Assembly: GCA_951813565.1 (NCBI GenBank)
Contig: OX638351.1
Coordinates: 2,656,001 to 2,720,000, forward strand
Source of the DNA: an uncultured Poribacteria bacterium
Lineage (GTDB): Bacteria > Poribacteria > WGA-4E > WGA-3G
Length of the DNA stretch: 64,000 nt
Direction of reading: 5' to 3'
Every line of letters starts with the position of its first letter. Position 1 is the first letter of the stretch. Made by a program: the position numbers and the translations under genes. This document shows, one piece after another, positions 21,062 through 29,929 of the stretch. Below the pieces are notes generated by a model, which saw only the letters and a list, made by a program, of their open reading frames with translations, was not told the DNA's origin and did no database searches.

Positions 21062-21114
21062 TAATATCCCACACCACCAATGAATGATCTTAGCAAGATG
21101 GAAAGAAATATTCA

Positions 21115-21945
21115 ATGAAATTGAGTTGTCTCCCCGTTTCTCTTTACGATGACATTTTCACCGGAAAAAGTACTGTTGCGGATTGGATCCGATTCGGTGC
21201 AAAATTGGGTTTAGATGCAGTTGACTTTAGTATCAAATTTTTTCCACATCGTGATGAAAAGATGACGCACATAGTCCGTACTATCCTTGCAAAACGCGGT
21301 TTAGAGGCATGCATGCTCGCGTGCTACTCCGACTTCACACATCCCGACCCTACGCAACGCGCACAAGAGTTAACTGAATTAAAAGCGGATATCGCATTAG
21401 CAAAAGCGTTGGGGGCAAAATTTGTTCGGGTGACAGCAGGACAAAATCACCCGGGAACTAAACGCGAAGAAGGGGTGCGTTGGGTTGTAGATGGATTTCG
21501 GCATGTGCTTGACGAAGCAGAAAAGCAGGGCATCACACTTGCTTATGAAAATCATACCAAAGGCGCGCCGTGGCAGTATTGGGATTTTTCACAACCGACA
21601 GAGATTTTTTTAGAAATCCTTGATGCCCTTTCGGACACACCACTCGGTGTTTGTTTCGACACCGCAAACCCTCTTGTCCTTAACGAAGATGTCTTGGAAC
21701 TGCTGGATAAAGTGATTGACCGTGTTGTTGTACTACATGTCTTTGACATGCGCGAAGCAGGGACGTTTGAACCTGTCCGTATCGGTACAGGCGCCTCACC
21801 TATACCACAAATCTTTTCCCGCACGCGGCAAGTTGGTTACAACGGTTGGCTCAGCATAGAGGAGGCAAGTCGTCAAGGACAACAAGGGTTTGAAGAAGCA
21901 ATCCAATATGTTAAGCAAGCATGGCAACAAGCATCATCCGCGTGA
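21115..21945 (+). CDS. Sugar phosphate isomerase/epimerase (TIM barrel, AP_endonuc_2 family)
   Basis: LAYENH, CFDTAN, LHVFD, GYNGWLSIEE. Confidence 0.88.
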   Translation: MKLSCLPVSLYDDIFTGKSTVADWIRFGAKLGLDAVDFSIKFFPHRDEKMTHIVRTILAKRGLEACMLACYSDFTHPDPTQRAQELTELKADIALAKALGAKFVRVTAGQNHPGTKREEGVRWVVDGFRHVLDEAEKQGITLAYENHTKGAPWQYWDFSQPTEIFLEILDALSDTPLGVCFDTANPLVLNEDVLELLDKVIDRVVVLHVFDMREAGTFEPVRIGTGASPIPQIFSRTRQVGYNGWLSIEEASRQGQQGFEEAIQYVKQAWQQASSA

Positions 21946-22785
21946 GGGTTCACTCATCCGCTCCCGCGCTTGACGTGACAATTCCGCAAGATGTCCATCA
22001 TTCGCCATCACCTGTTCAAGGTGTATCTGACGTTCCGATGTCGCAGTGTTTACCATCTTCTCACCATACTTCCGATCAATCCAGAACCGTGACGAACCCG
22101 CTATATATGCCTGCAACGCGTCCAACTTCTCTTCTGGATACCGTTGGCAAAGATTCATCGTAAACATACGTCGGCGTGTGCCACCGCCAAACGCAGCGTG
22201 TTTAGTATTGTGGTTAAACAACACAAGATCACCGGGTGTTGTTTCAAAGACTACTGCAGGCACATCTTTTCCATGTATTTCCCACGTTTCCTGACTTCTT
22301 CCAATCTGCTGACTCAGTCCATCAGCATAGTTATCGCCAAAGAGATGACTACCCGGTATAACACGAAGCGCGCCAGTATCACGCGTGAGTGGATCAAGAT
22401 AAAATGCAATCTTAATATGCATCGGATCTTCTAAGCGATGTCCACCATCCGAATGCCATCCTGTATCACCAACATAGAAGTTGCCATCACTTCCCATGTA
22501 GTTAAAATCGTCTCCGAGCAACGTTTTTGCAATTGCCAGGATACGCGGATCATCCAGTAGCGATGCCAACTCTTCGCTTTGGTCAATGAAAGGCACTATA
22601 CAAGAACGTGCAGTACCTTCGTGTGGTTTGCCGTTATGTCCACCGCCGCGTTCTGACCAAACATTTTCAAACGCGTCCTGAATCGCCTCAATCCTGTCTG
22701 CCATCAGTTGTGGAAAACTAAGATAACCGAATGTCTTGAAGAAATTGATCTCCGAATCGGTGAGGTTGTAATCTTGTTGGTTCAT
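21934..22785 (-). CDS. PhyH-family dioxygenase
   Basis: GWHSD, FYLDPLTRDTGALRVIPGSH, KHAAFGG..RRR. Confidence 0.88.
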   Translation of the reverse strand: MNQQDYNLTDSEINFFKTFGYLSFPQLMADRIEAIQDAFENVWSERGGGHNGKPHEGTARSCIVPFIDQSEELASLLDDPRILAIAKTLLGDDFNYMGSDGNFYVGDTGWHSDGGHRLEDPMHIKIAFYLDPLTRDTGALRVIPGSHLFGDNYADGLSQQIGRSQETWEIHGKDVPAVVFETTPGDLVLFNHNTKHAAFGGGTRRRMFTMNLCQRYPEEKLDALQAYIAGSSRFWIDRKYGEKMVNTATSERQIHLEQVMANDGHLAELSRQARERMSEPSRG

Positions 22786-22807
22786 TTTTTACATTCCTCC
22801 TTTATTA

Positions 22808-22963
22808 TAACCTAAGTTGCTACGGACAAGATTTCAAGCTTGTAGACATTGCTTTTTACTGAAAAACAAGGATTTCCAGCTAATTCTTATGCTTTCTTTT
22901 TTAAATCGGGGTTAGAAACCCCTCCTACAAGAGCATTCGCGATATAGGTAGCAACTTGGGTTA
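22808..22963. mobile_element. MITE family A copy
   Basis: TAACCTAAGTTGC ... GCAACTTGGGTTA; TTA on both flanks; near-identical inverted copy at 24527-24683. Confidence 0.8.
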
Positions 22964-23119
22964 TTATAGTGGATTTTACAATTAACTGGACATTGTCACT
23001 CGGCACGGACAAAGTGTTCTACAGTTTTAAAGTCGCGACCTGCGAATCAACGCCAAATCAAGAAATCAACGCTACAAATCATGGCGAATGCCATACGCGC
23101 ATTCGTCTTGAGGCATTTG

Positions 23120-23289
23120 GCCAAATCAACGCTGAATACGCTTTTGGTATTCAGCCAAATCAACGCTGAATACGCTTTTGGTATTCAGCCAAATCAACGC
23201 TGAATACGCTTTTGGTATTCAGCCAAATCAACGCTGAATACGCTTTTGGTATTCAGCCAAATCAACGCTGAATACGCTTTTGGTATTCA
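23120..23289 (+). repeat. Perfect 34-bp tandem repeat x5 (GCCAAATCAACGCTGAATACGCTTTTGGTATTCA)
   Basis: Five identical units with no spacers. Confidence 0.95.
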
Positions 23290-23499
23290 GCGGGTATGAA
23301 TGCCTTTTGACATTCCCCGTATGGCATTTGTCGGGTCGCTCCTACAGGAAGAGGCGCAATGAATTGCGCGACTACAAACGCCGCTAACCTAAAGAAAATG
23401 TCCAGGTATTTTTAGATTTTACTGTAATTCAACTATTGCAGATGTCTGTTTTATGGGATTGTCAAACCATAAGTCATAATTTGTGTGAGTTCTTACACA

Positions 23500-24360
23500 C
23501 TAATTTTCGGTTCGCTTGCTTTTCAGGTATCCCCACGTGGTTGTAAATTTGCCTTTCGGTTCAATGCTTAAGGGATGGGCGATTTTTGCAAAATCTGCCA
23601 TGGCAAATGCCGAATTGTAAACGATGACTTCATCAATGACACCGCCAAACCAGTCTACATTGGTGCCATCTTGAAGACCATCATGGTAAACCGTTTTCTG
23701 AGTGACGTGCCCAATTGAAATATTATTTCCGTGCATATGAAGTTGTCCGCCTTTTTCTTTGTCAATGAGTTGTCCATCTAACCACATTTCAAATTTATCG
23801 TTTTCAACTCTCCCAGAAGCATCCCGAATGACTAAAGCAATATGATGCCACCGATTTGCTCTAATTTTCGCAGACGGCCAAGCTCCATCCCAATTGTACT
23901 CTGCCTGATTCCAGCCACCAACGTAAACTTTTCCACTGTGCACATAGATGGCTAAACCTCGTGTGCCGCCGCCTTCCTGATAAATAACCTGCTTCTGATT
24001 TTTGCTGATGTCGGCACATTTAAAAAATGCTGCGACCGTTCGGTTAGTATACGGGCCACCTGTATTAATATTAACAGAATCCGGAATATTAACCGCGTCA
24101 CTTTTGCCATTAAACTGCAATGCTTTTCCAACAATACCGTTAACGGATTTCGGATCCCCCACAAACACGCCATGTAATCTTTTGTTTGAACTATCTTTAG
24201 CACTGCCATCATTAAACGTCCAATTTCCAGCAACCGTTGCTTCGTTACGCTGCGCGTCTACTCGCATAATCGGTAAAAAAGTAAATAGCAGCGAAGTAAA
24301 GCCTGATAGTACGATTATGCCAAACCTGTGAATTCTGATCTTATTTAATGCTTGAATCAT
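23500..24360 (-). CDS. Secreted LamG-like jellyroll domain protein
   Basis: GNWTFNDG, GKALQFNG, WHHIALV, FGGVIDEV; ends IEPKGKFTTTWGYLK. Confidence 0.88.
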   Translation of the reverse strand: MIQALNKIRIHRFGIIVLSGFTSLLFTFLPIMRVDAQRNEATVAGNWTFNDGSAKDSSNKRLHGVFVGDPKSVNGIVGKALQFNGKSDAVNIPDSVNINTGGPYTNRTVAAFFKCADISKNQKQVIYQEGGGTRGLAIYVHSGKVYVGGWNQAEYNWDGAWPSAKIRANRWHHIALVIRDASGRVENDKFEMWLDGQLIDKEKGGQLHMHGNNISIGHVTQKTVYHDGLQDGTNVDWFGGVIDEVIVYNSAFAMADFAKIAHPLSIEPKGKFTTTWGYLKSKRTEN

Positions 24361-24484
24361 CTCCCATCTCCTTTGGAACATTTGTTTTCTTATTTCCACA
24401 GTCAATCTTCTTGAAACAGATGTCCTCAAACTTTAAGGTATTATGGCAAATTAGCAAAATTTTATCAATTACTTGTTTTGTTTC

Positions 24485-24764
24485 GGGTGTGTAAAGTTTT
24501 TGTAGAAATCCGCACAACTCCTATTGTAACCAAAGTTGCCACCTATTTCGCAAATGCTCTTGTAGGAGGGGTTTCTAACCCCGATTTAGAACAAAAAACA
24601 TAAGAATCAGCGAAAAAGCCTTGTTTTTTCAGTAAAAAGCAGTGTTTGCTAACTTGAAATCTTGTCCGTAGCAACTTAGGTTATTGTAGGGACCCTGCTC
24701 TACAGTGGAAAACGCCGCGTAATCATTGCAAATTGAACCTATGTAACCAAATATTTACACACCC
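24485..24764. mobile_element. MITE family B copy with nested family A MITE (24527-24683, TTG duplicated)
   Basis: Same ends and body as 15985-16197 with an insert at CTATTG/TAGGG. Confidence 0.82.
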
Positions 24765-24781
24765 TTCTCAATCAATCTTTC

Positions 24782-24810
24782 TTGACAAAAAAGCGGATAT
24801 TCGGTATACT
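24782..24810 (+). promoter_or_regulatory. Sigma70-type promoter of helicase gene
   Basis: TTGACA-N17-TATACT. Confidence 0.75.
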
Positions 24811-24841
24811 AAATATAGGATTCGTAGTATAGGGGGTTTAG

Positions 24842-27235
24842 ATGCTTTACAAAGGCTTAGAGCTTGATCAATTCCAAGAGGAAGCAATTGCAGCAATTAA
24901 TGACGACCATTCTGTGATAGTGACAGCTCCTACTGGTGCCGGTAAAACTGTTATAGCAGAATATGCTGTTGAAAAATGTCTTCAGACAAATAAACGCGTT
25001 ATCTACACAGCACCGATTAAAGCCCTTAGCAATCAAAAATATAGAGATTTTCAATCTGAATACGGTGATAAAATTGGTATCGTAACCGGTGATGTGGTCT
25101 TAAATCCTTATGCTCAAGTCCTATTGATGACCACTGAGATATTCCGAAATACCATCTTTGATGATATAGAAAGATTACAGGACGTTTCCTATGTCATCTT
25201 TGATGAAATTCACTATATCAACGATATTGAGCGTGGCACCGTCTGGGAAGAAAGCATTATTTTTGCACCGCAGCATATCAAATTTGTCAGTCTCAGTGCG
25301 ACAATTCCAAACATCAACTCTTTTGCGGAGTGGATGCAAAGTGTTAGAGAAATTGACATTAAAGTTGTTGAAGAGTTAGAACGTCCTGTGCCTTTAGAAC
25401 ATCACCTTTATTTTTCGGGCTTCGGTATAGGTAAATTGGGCCACCTTAATGATCTTCGTCAGACAGCAAAACGACAGAAACGTAAAGATGAAAATCGGAG
25501 GGATGATACATCTAAAAAACCAAAAGGTATAATCAACACAGAGTTGATTCCTTACCTGACCAAGCAAAATCGTCTGCCGTGTCTCTATTTCTGTTTCAGC
25601 CGTAAAAGATGTGAAGGCAATGCCCACTATTACGCATCTTCGGGGCAACACGAGTTGCTTGATACAGAAAAACAGGAACAGATTTTAGAAAAATTTGACG
25701 CGCTTTGTATTCAATTTGATATTGTTGAAGAGCAGGTAATTACCGATTTTCGCCAATTAATCAGTTGCGGAATAGCCTATCATCATGCGGGCATGTTACC
25801 TACACTCAAAGAAGTAGTTGAGCGGTTATTTACTTCAGGATTAATTCAACTCCTATTTACCACTGAGACGTTTGCTGTTGGAATCAACATGCCTGCATGT
25901 ACAGTCGTGTTTGATAGTTTAGAAAAATTTGACGGTGTTAGTTTCCGTTATCTTGAGGCTCGTGAATATCACCAAATGGCGGGCAGAGCAGGCAGACGCG
26001 GGATTGATACTGTCGGTTATGTGTATGCCCAAGTTAACCCGAAATATGCAACACATGACGATGTTAGCAAAGCCATTTCCAATACCATTGAACCCATCAC
26101 AAGCCAGTTCAATCTCTCATATTCCAGTATCCTTAATCTATATGAAAAATATGGCGACGAGATTTACGATGTTTACACGATGAGTCTAAGCAATCACCAA
26201 AATTATAAACGCCTGAGCGATCTCAATAAACAGATTGCTCTCTTAGATGAGAAACGTGAAGCCTTACCCCTTCCTACCTGTATCCACGATAACATTGAGG
26301 GTATGAAACAAATTGAAAGTTATCATAGACATAAGCATAAAAATCAAAAGAACCTTGAAAGGTTGCAGTTGGAATTAGCATCTCTTAAATCATTGCGCGG
26401 AAGATCAAAGAAAAATGAACAAAAAAAGAGAACAGTACTAATTCACGACAAAATGCAAAGTCTCCATGCTGAACTCGCTAAAAACTTGTGCCACGAATGC
26501 TACGAGCGCAAACAATGCACCAATAGATATCAGGCAATCCGTAAACAGGAACAACGTATTCAAAATTTAAAGCAAAAACAGACATCAATTGAGAATTATC
26601 AGCAAGGTCAGATAGCTGCTCGTCTTAATGTTCTTGAGACGCTTGGGTACATTGAATCACAAACACTGCTACCGCGCGGGAACACCGCATCACATATTTA
26701 TGGATACGAACTCCAATTGACGCAACTTCTCTTTAATGGATTTTTCGAACGGTTAACTGAAGATGAAATCAATTGTCTCATGGTAGCGATAGTGTCTGAA
26801 CCTCGCAAAGATGGTTATTTTAAAAGGCTAAAAAATAAAAGATTGTTATCAGTTTTGGGGGCAGCTTGGAGCGAAATTTTAGACATTCAAGAGTTAGAAA
26901 GCAAACTCAAAGTCTCTGAGTTTGTTCCGCTGTTGGAACCTCGTTTGTGTTCAGCTATGTTAGCGTGGAGCCGTGGGTGCGAATTTGATAAATTGACCGA
27001 CTATGCGGCACTTGATCCGGGAGACTTTGTCAGAACGTTCCGACTTGTCATTGACCAACTACGTCAAATTCGTCGTGCTATGGCAGGACACACTGCCCTC
27101 ACAGATAAATTGAATAGTTGTATTAATAAAATTAATCGTGATGTTGTTGATGCTGAACGTCAGCTGCGAATCGGGCAGGAGGAACCGTTTGAAGAGGAAG
27201 ATAACACAGTAAACATCAATGATAGTTCAGGATAG
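24842..27235 (+). CDS. Ski2/HelY-like DExH-box helicase with DSHCT C-terminal domain
   Basis: APTGAGKT, PIKALSNQKY, DEIH, HHAGMLP, TETFAVGINMPA, QMAGRAGRRG. Confidence 0.92.
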   Translation: MLYKGLELDQFQEEAIAAINDDHSVIVTAPTGAGKTVIAEYAVEKCLQTNKRVIYTAPIKALSNQKYRDFQSEYGDKIGIVTGDVVLNPYAQVLLMTTEIFRNTIFDDIERLQDVSYVIFDEIHYINDIERGTVWEESIIFAPQHIKFVSLSATIPNINSFAEWMQSVREIDIKVVEELERPVPLEHHLYFSGFGIGKLGHLNDLRQTAKRQKRKDENRRDDTSKKPKGIINTELIPYLTKQNRLPCLYFCFSRKRCEGNAHYYASSGQHELLDTEKQEQILEKFDALCIQFDIVEEQVITDFRQLISCGIAYHHAGMLPTLKEVVERLFTSGLIQLLFTTETFAVGINMPACTVVFDSLEKFDGVSFRYLEAREYHQMAGRAGRRGIDTVGYVYAQVNPKYATHDDVSKAISNTIEPITSQFNLSYSSILNLYEKYGDEIYDVYTMSLSNHQNYKRLSDLNKQIALLDEKREALPLPTCIHDNIEGMKQIESYHRHKHKNQKNLERLQLELASLKSLRGRSKKNEQKKRTVLIHDKMQSLHAELAKNLCHECYERKQCTNRYQAIRKQEQRIQNLKQKQTSIENYQQGQIAARLNVLETLGYIESQTLLPRGNTASHIYGYELQLTQLLFNGFFERLTEDEINCLMVAIVSEPRKDGYFKRLKNKRLLSVLGAAWSEILDIQELESKLKVSEFVPLLEPRLCSAMLAWSRGCEFDKLTDYAALDPGDFVRTFRLVIDQLRQIRRAMAGHTALTDKLNSCINKINRDVVDAERQLRIGQEEPFEEEDNTVNINDSSG

Positions 27236-27464
27236 TCTATAGGCGGGTTCGCTTACGCTCAATTTATAAGCGTCAATTTAAGAAAAACCTATCGTAGTGA
27301 ATCAACACCTCATGCACGTCTGGCATTCGGTGGGTAGAACGGAACTGAGAAAGAGGGACTGATAACTAAACTTATCTCAAAACTACCTACTGACACCTAT
27401 CATCAAGGAGGTAGTGAAATCCAACAATGGACTTACTAAAGTCGGGTTTCGCTTCGCTCTACCC

Positions 27465-27795
27465 ATAGGTGTCAACTTAAGCACAAAATGCTGGATTATC
27501 TCTTGTGGGAGGGAGACCTTGTCCGCCCGATTTTTGAGATTTAAACAGGTAAATCCAAATCAACGATGAATGCGCCAAATCAAGAAATCAACGGTATGAA
27601 TCATGGCGAATCATGTAGAATACCAAAAGCGTATTCTACCAAGCGCATTCGTCTTTAGTCATTCACCGGGTATGAATGCCATTTAGGCATTCCCCGTATG
27701 GCATGCTGCGGGGTTGAAAACCCGCCAAATGCCAAAAAGCGCATTTGACGTTGATTCACTCCCACAAGAGGATATATTCTTAAATTGACGCCTAT
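27465..27795. mobile_element. MITE with 17-bp IRs and a 21-bp target duplication of a REP-like hairpin
   Basis: ATAGGTGTCAACTTAAG / CTTAAATTGACGCCTAT; flanks GGGTTTCGCTTCGCTCTA(C/T)CC. Confidence 0.82.
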
Positions 27796-27948
27796 GGGTT
27801 TCGCTTCGCTCTATCCGACCTACGTAACTGTTGCAATATCGGTTATTTTAGCACTCCCCGTCAAACCCCCTGCCTTTAGGTAAGGGATGTAGACGGCGAA
27901 AGTTTTGATTTAAAATATACTTTTCAATCTAATCACAATGTGGTATAA

Positions 27949-28037
27949 TACCAAATTACCCTAAATCGTAGGGGCGGGTCTCTGTGCCCGCCCTTACCAT
28001 CGGCAATGAAAACAATGCAATTCTCGTTAATTTGGTA
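27949..28037. mobile_element. Short MITE (TACCAAATTA ends, TAA duplication) inside the tnpB promoter
   Basis: Perfect 10-bp IR, contains one REP hairpin. Confidence 0.75.
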
Positions 28038-28103
28038 TAATATATCATACTATAGTGTAACTCTTGAAGTGATAAAAGACTATATTGAAGGTCAAAGTGG
28101 ACA

Positions 28104-29216
28104 ATGAGAAAATCTCACAAGTTCAAACTTCAACACCAATCTAACACAATCAAACTCGGCAATATGCTTGATGATATGTGGGAAATCCATCTACATATCA
28201 TGCGTTTGGCACGTAGGTATTATCGCATGTTCGGCAAAAATTTGTCTGCGTATCGTCTGAAGGCACATGTTGCGAAACTCAAAAAAACAACTAAACCACA
28301 CTGGGCGGACTTGCCGAGTCAAGTTGTTCAAGACGTTGTCCTACGTTATGGTAAATCTCAAGACGCTTTCTTTGAGAATATCGAAGACCGAAAAGCGGGC
28401 AAAACAACGCGTAAAGTGGGTAGACCGAAAATCAAACCGAGACACAAATACAACTCCATGACCTTCACACAAGCGGGCTACAAACTTGAAGATAACCGTA
28501 TCAAAATCAACTGTATAGATACATGGTTTTCCTTTCATAAACACCGTGAAATCAAAGGGCTAATCAAGACGATCACGATCAAACGTGACAGGTGCGGTGA
28601 CTATTGGATATGCTTTTCGTGCGAGAATGTTGAGGATTCCGAACCCAAACCCAAGACGGGTAAGAGCGCAGGATTTGATTACGGAAACAAAACATTCCTC
28701 ACAAGCGACGAAGGGGACACAATAGAATCCCCGCAGTTTTTCAAACAATCACTCAACACGTTGCGATCTCTCAACAAAGCACTCAGTCGTAAAGTCAAAG
28801 GTTCTAACAACTATTATCGTGCGTGCCGTGCTTTAGCAAGGCAACACAGAAAAGTTGCCCGACAAAGAGAAGATTGGCAATGGAAACTTGCCTCAAAACT
28901 TTGTGTAGAGTTTGACACACTCATTTTGGAAACGCTGAACCTTGACGGTATGAAACGATTATGGGGGCGTAAAGTTTCTGACCATTCTTTCTACCAGTTT
29001 CTTCAGATATTGGAACAGAAGTGTGCGAAGCACGGCAAAAAACTTGTGCAAATCTCGCAATGGATAGCAACAACAAAACCTTGTAGTGATTGTGGATACC
29101 ATAACAAAGAACTCTCTCTCGCAGATAGACAGTGGACATGTCCCGAATGTGGTTCACACCACGACAGAGACATCAATGCTGCTATCAATATCAAACAGGC
29201 AGGCTTGGCTGCCTAA
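28104..29216 (+). CDS. tnpB: RNA-guided endonuclease TnpB
   Basis: RuvC residues GFDYG, ILETL, DRDINAA; zinc ribbon CSDCG/CPECG. Confidence 0.93.
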   Translation: MRKSHKFKLQHQSNTIKLGNMLDDMWEIHLHIMRLARRYYRMFGKNLSAYRLKAHVAKLKKTTKPHWADLPSQVVQDVVLRYGKSQDAFFENIEDRKAGKTTRKVGRPKIKPRHKYNSMTFTQAGYKLEDNRIKINCIDTWFSFHKHREIKGLIKTITIKRDRCGDYWICFSCENVEDSEPKPKTGKSAGFDYGNKTFLTSDEGDTIESPQFFKQSLNTLRSLNKALSRKVKGSNNYYRACRALARQHRKVARQREDWQWKLASKLCVEFDTLILETLNLDGMKRLWGRKVSDHSFYQFLQILEQKCAKHGKKLVQISQWIATTKPCSDCGYHNKELSLADRQWTCPECGSHHDRDINAAINIKQAGLAA

Positions 29217-29328
29217 AGTGGAGCGACAATAAGACGGTGGACGCTAAGCGAAAACCGCAGTCGCAAGGAAGCACAAGCCCCTACCTTTAGGTAGTGGGTA
29301 CCTATGACAACATAATAAGGAGAGAAAA

Positions 29329-29859
29329 ATGGAAAATAAGGACTTTGACTTGAGAGGTAAACTTAACGTCCGCTCGGCTAAAGAGGACGATGCTAATCAT
29401 TTACAGGCATACTGCTTCCCCGAAAAAACCAGAGAACAGGTAGCTGATGAACTGAAAGCCGATTTAGATGCAGACAGCCAAACGACCCGACTCGTCGCTG
29501 ATGCAAGTGGTTATGCTGTCGGACACATCACTGTAAAACAGCATCCGCTAAATGATGAGGTAGGTCAAATTAGTGACCTTGCAGTATCCGGTCCCTTTCG
29601 ACTGTTAGGCGTTGCAGACCATCTGATTGCTGCTGCCGAAACAGCAGCAATAGAAAACGGTTTGAAAATCCTTGAAATTGAACTTGCAACTACAGATACA
29701 CCCGTTATACAAAGGTATAAGGATTGGGGATTCTCAGAAAAACCGATCGTCACGCTCCAAAAAGACCTAAACACTGAAGAAGAGAGTGATGAAGAAGAGG
29801 AGAACGAGGAAACTCAGGTAAATGAGGCAGACGCAGAACAGCAAAGTCTCTTGAATTAA
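29329..29859 (+). CDS. GNAT family N-acetyltransferase with acidic tail
   Basis: AAGGAG RBS; LAVSGPFRLLGVADHLI, RYKDWGF. Confidence 0.8.
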   Translation: MENKDFDLRGKLNVRSAKEDDANHLQAYCFPEKTREQVADELKADLDADSQTTRLVADASGYAVGHITVKQHPLNDEVGQISDLAVSGPFRLLGVADHLIAAAETAAIENGLKILEIELATTDTPVIQRYKDWGFSEKPIVTLQKDLNTEEESDEEEENEETQVNEADAEQQSLLN

Positions 29860-29929
29860 AATAGATCGTTTGACGGTGGTTTCCATATATGCCTATAAAC
29901 GTCAATTTGACAACATGGATAAACAACGT

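Larger units (their letters stand above)
27852..29308 (+). mobile_element. tnpB-only IS200/IS605 (IS1341-type) element
   Basis: Subterminal hairpins CCCCTGCCTTTAGGTAAGGG and CCCCTACCTTTAGGTAGTGGG; predicted cleavage sites TTAG and TGAC. Confidence 0.8.

Noticed and set aside
23120..23289. CRISPR array
   Set aside because: Units are contiguous with no unique spacers, and there are no cas genes in the window
24842..27235. Anti-phage defence helicase or intein-containing helicase
   Set aside because: Standalone HelY-like architecture with no partner nuclease and no intein motifs
28104..29216. Cas12f or a domesticated, catalytically dead TnpB
   Set aside because: No CRISPR array; RuvC residues and both transposon ends are intact
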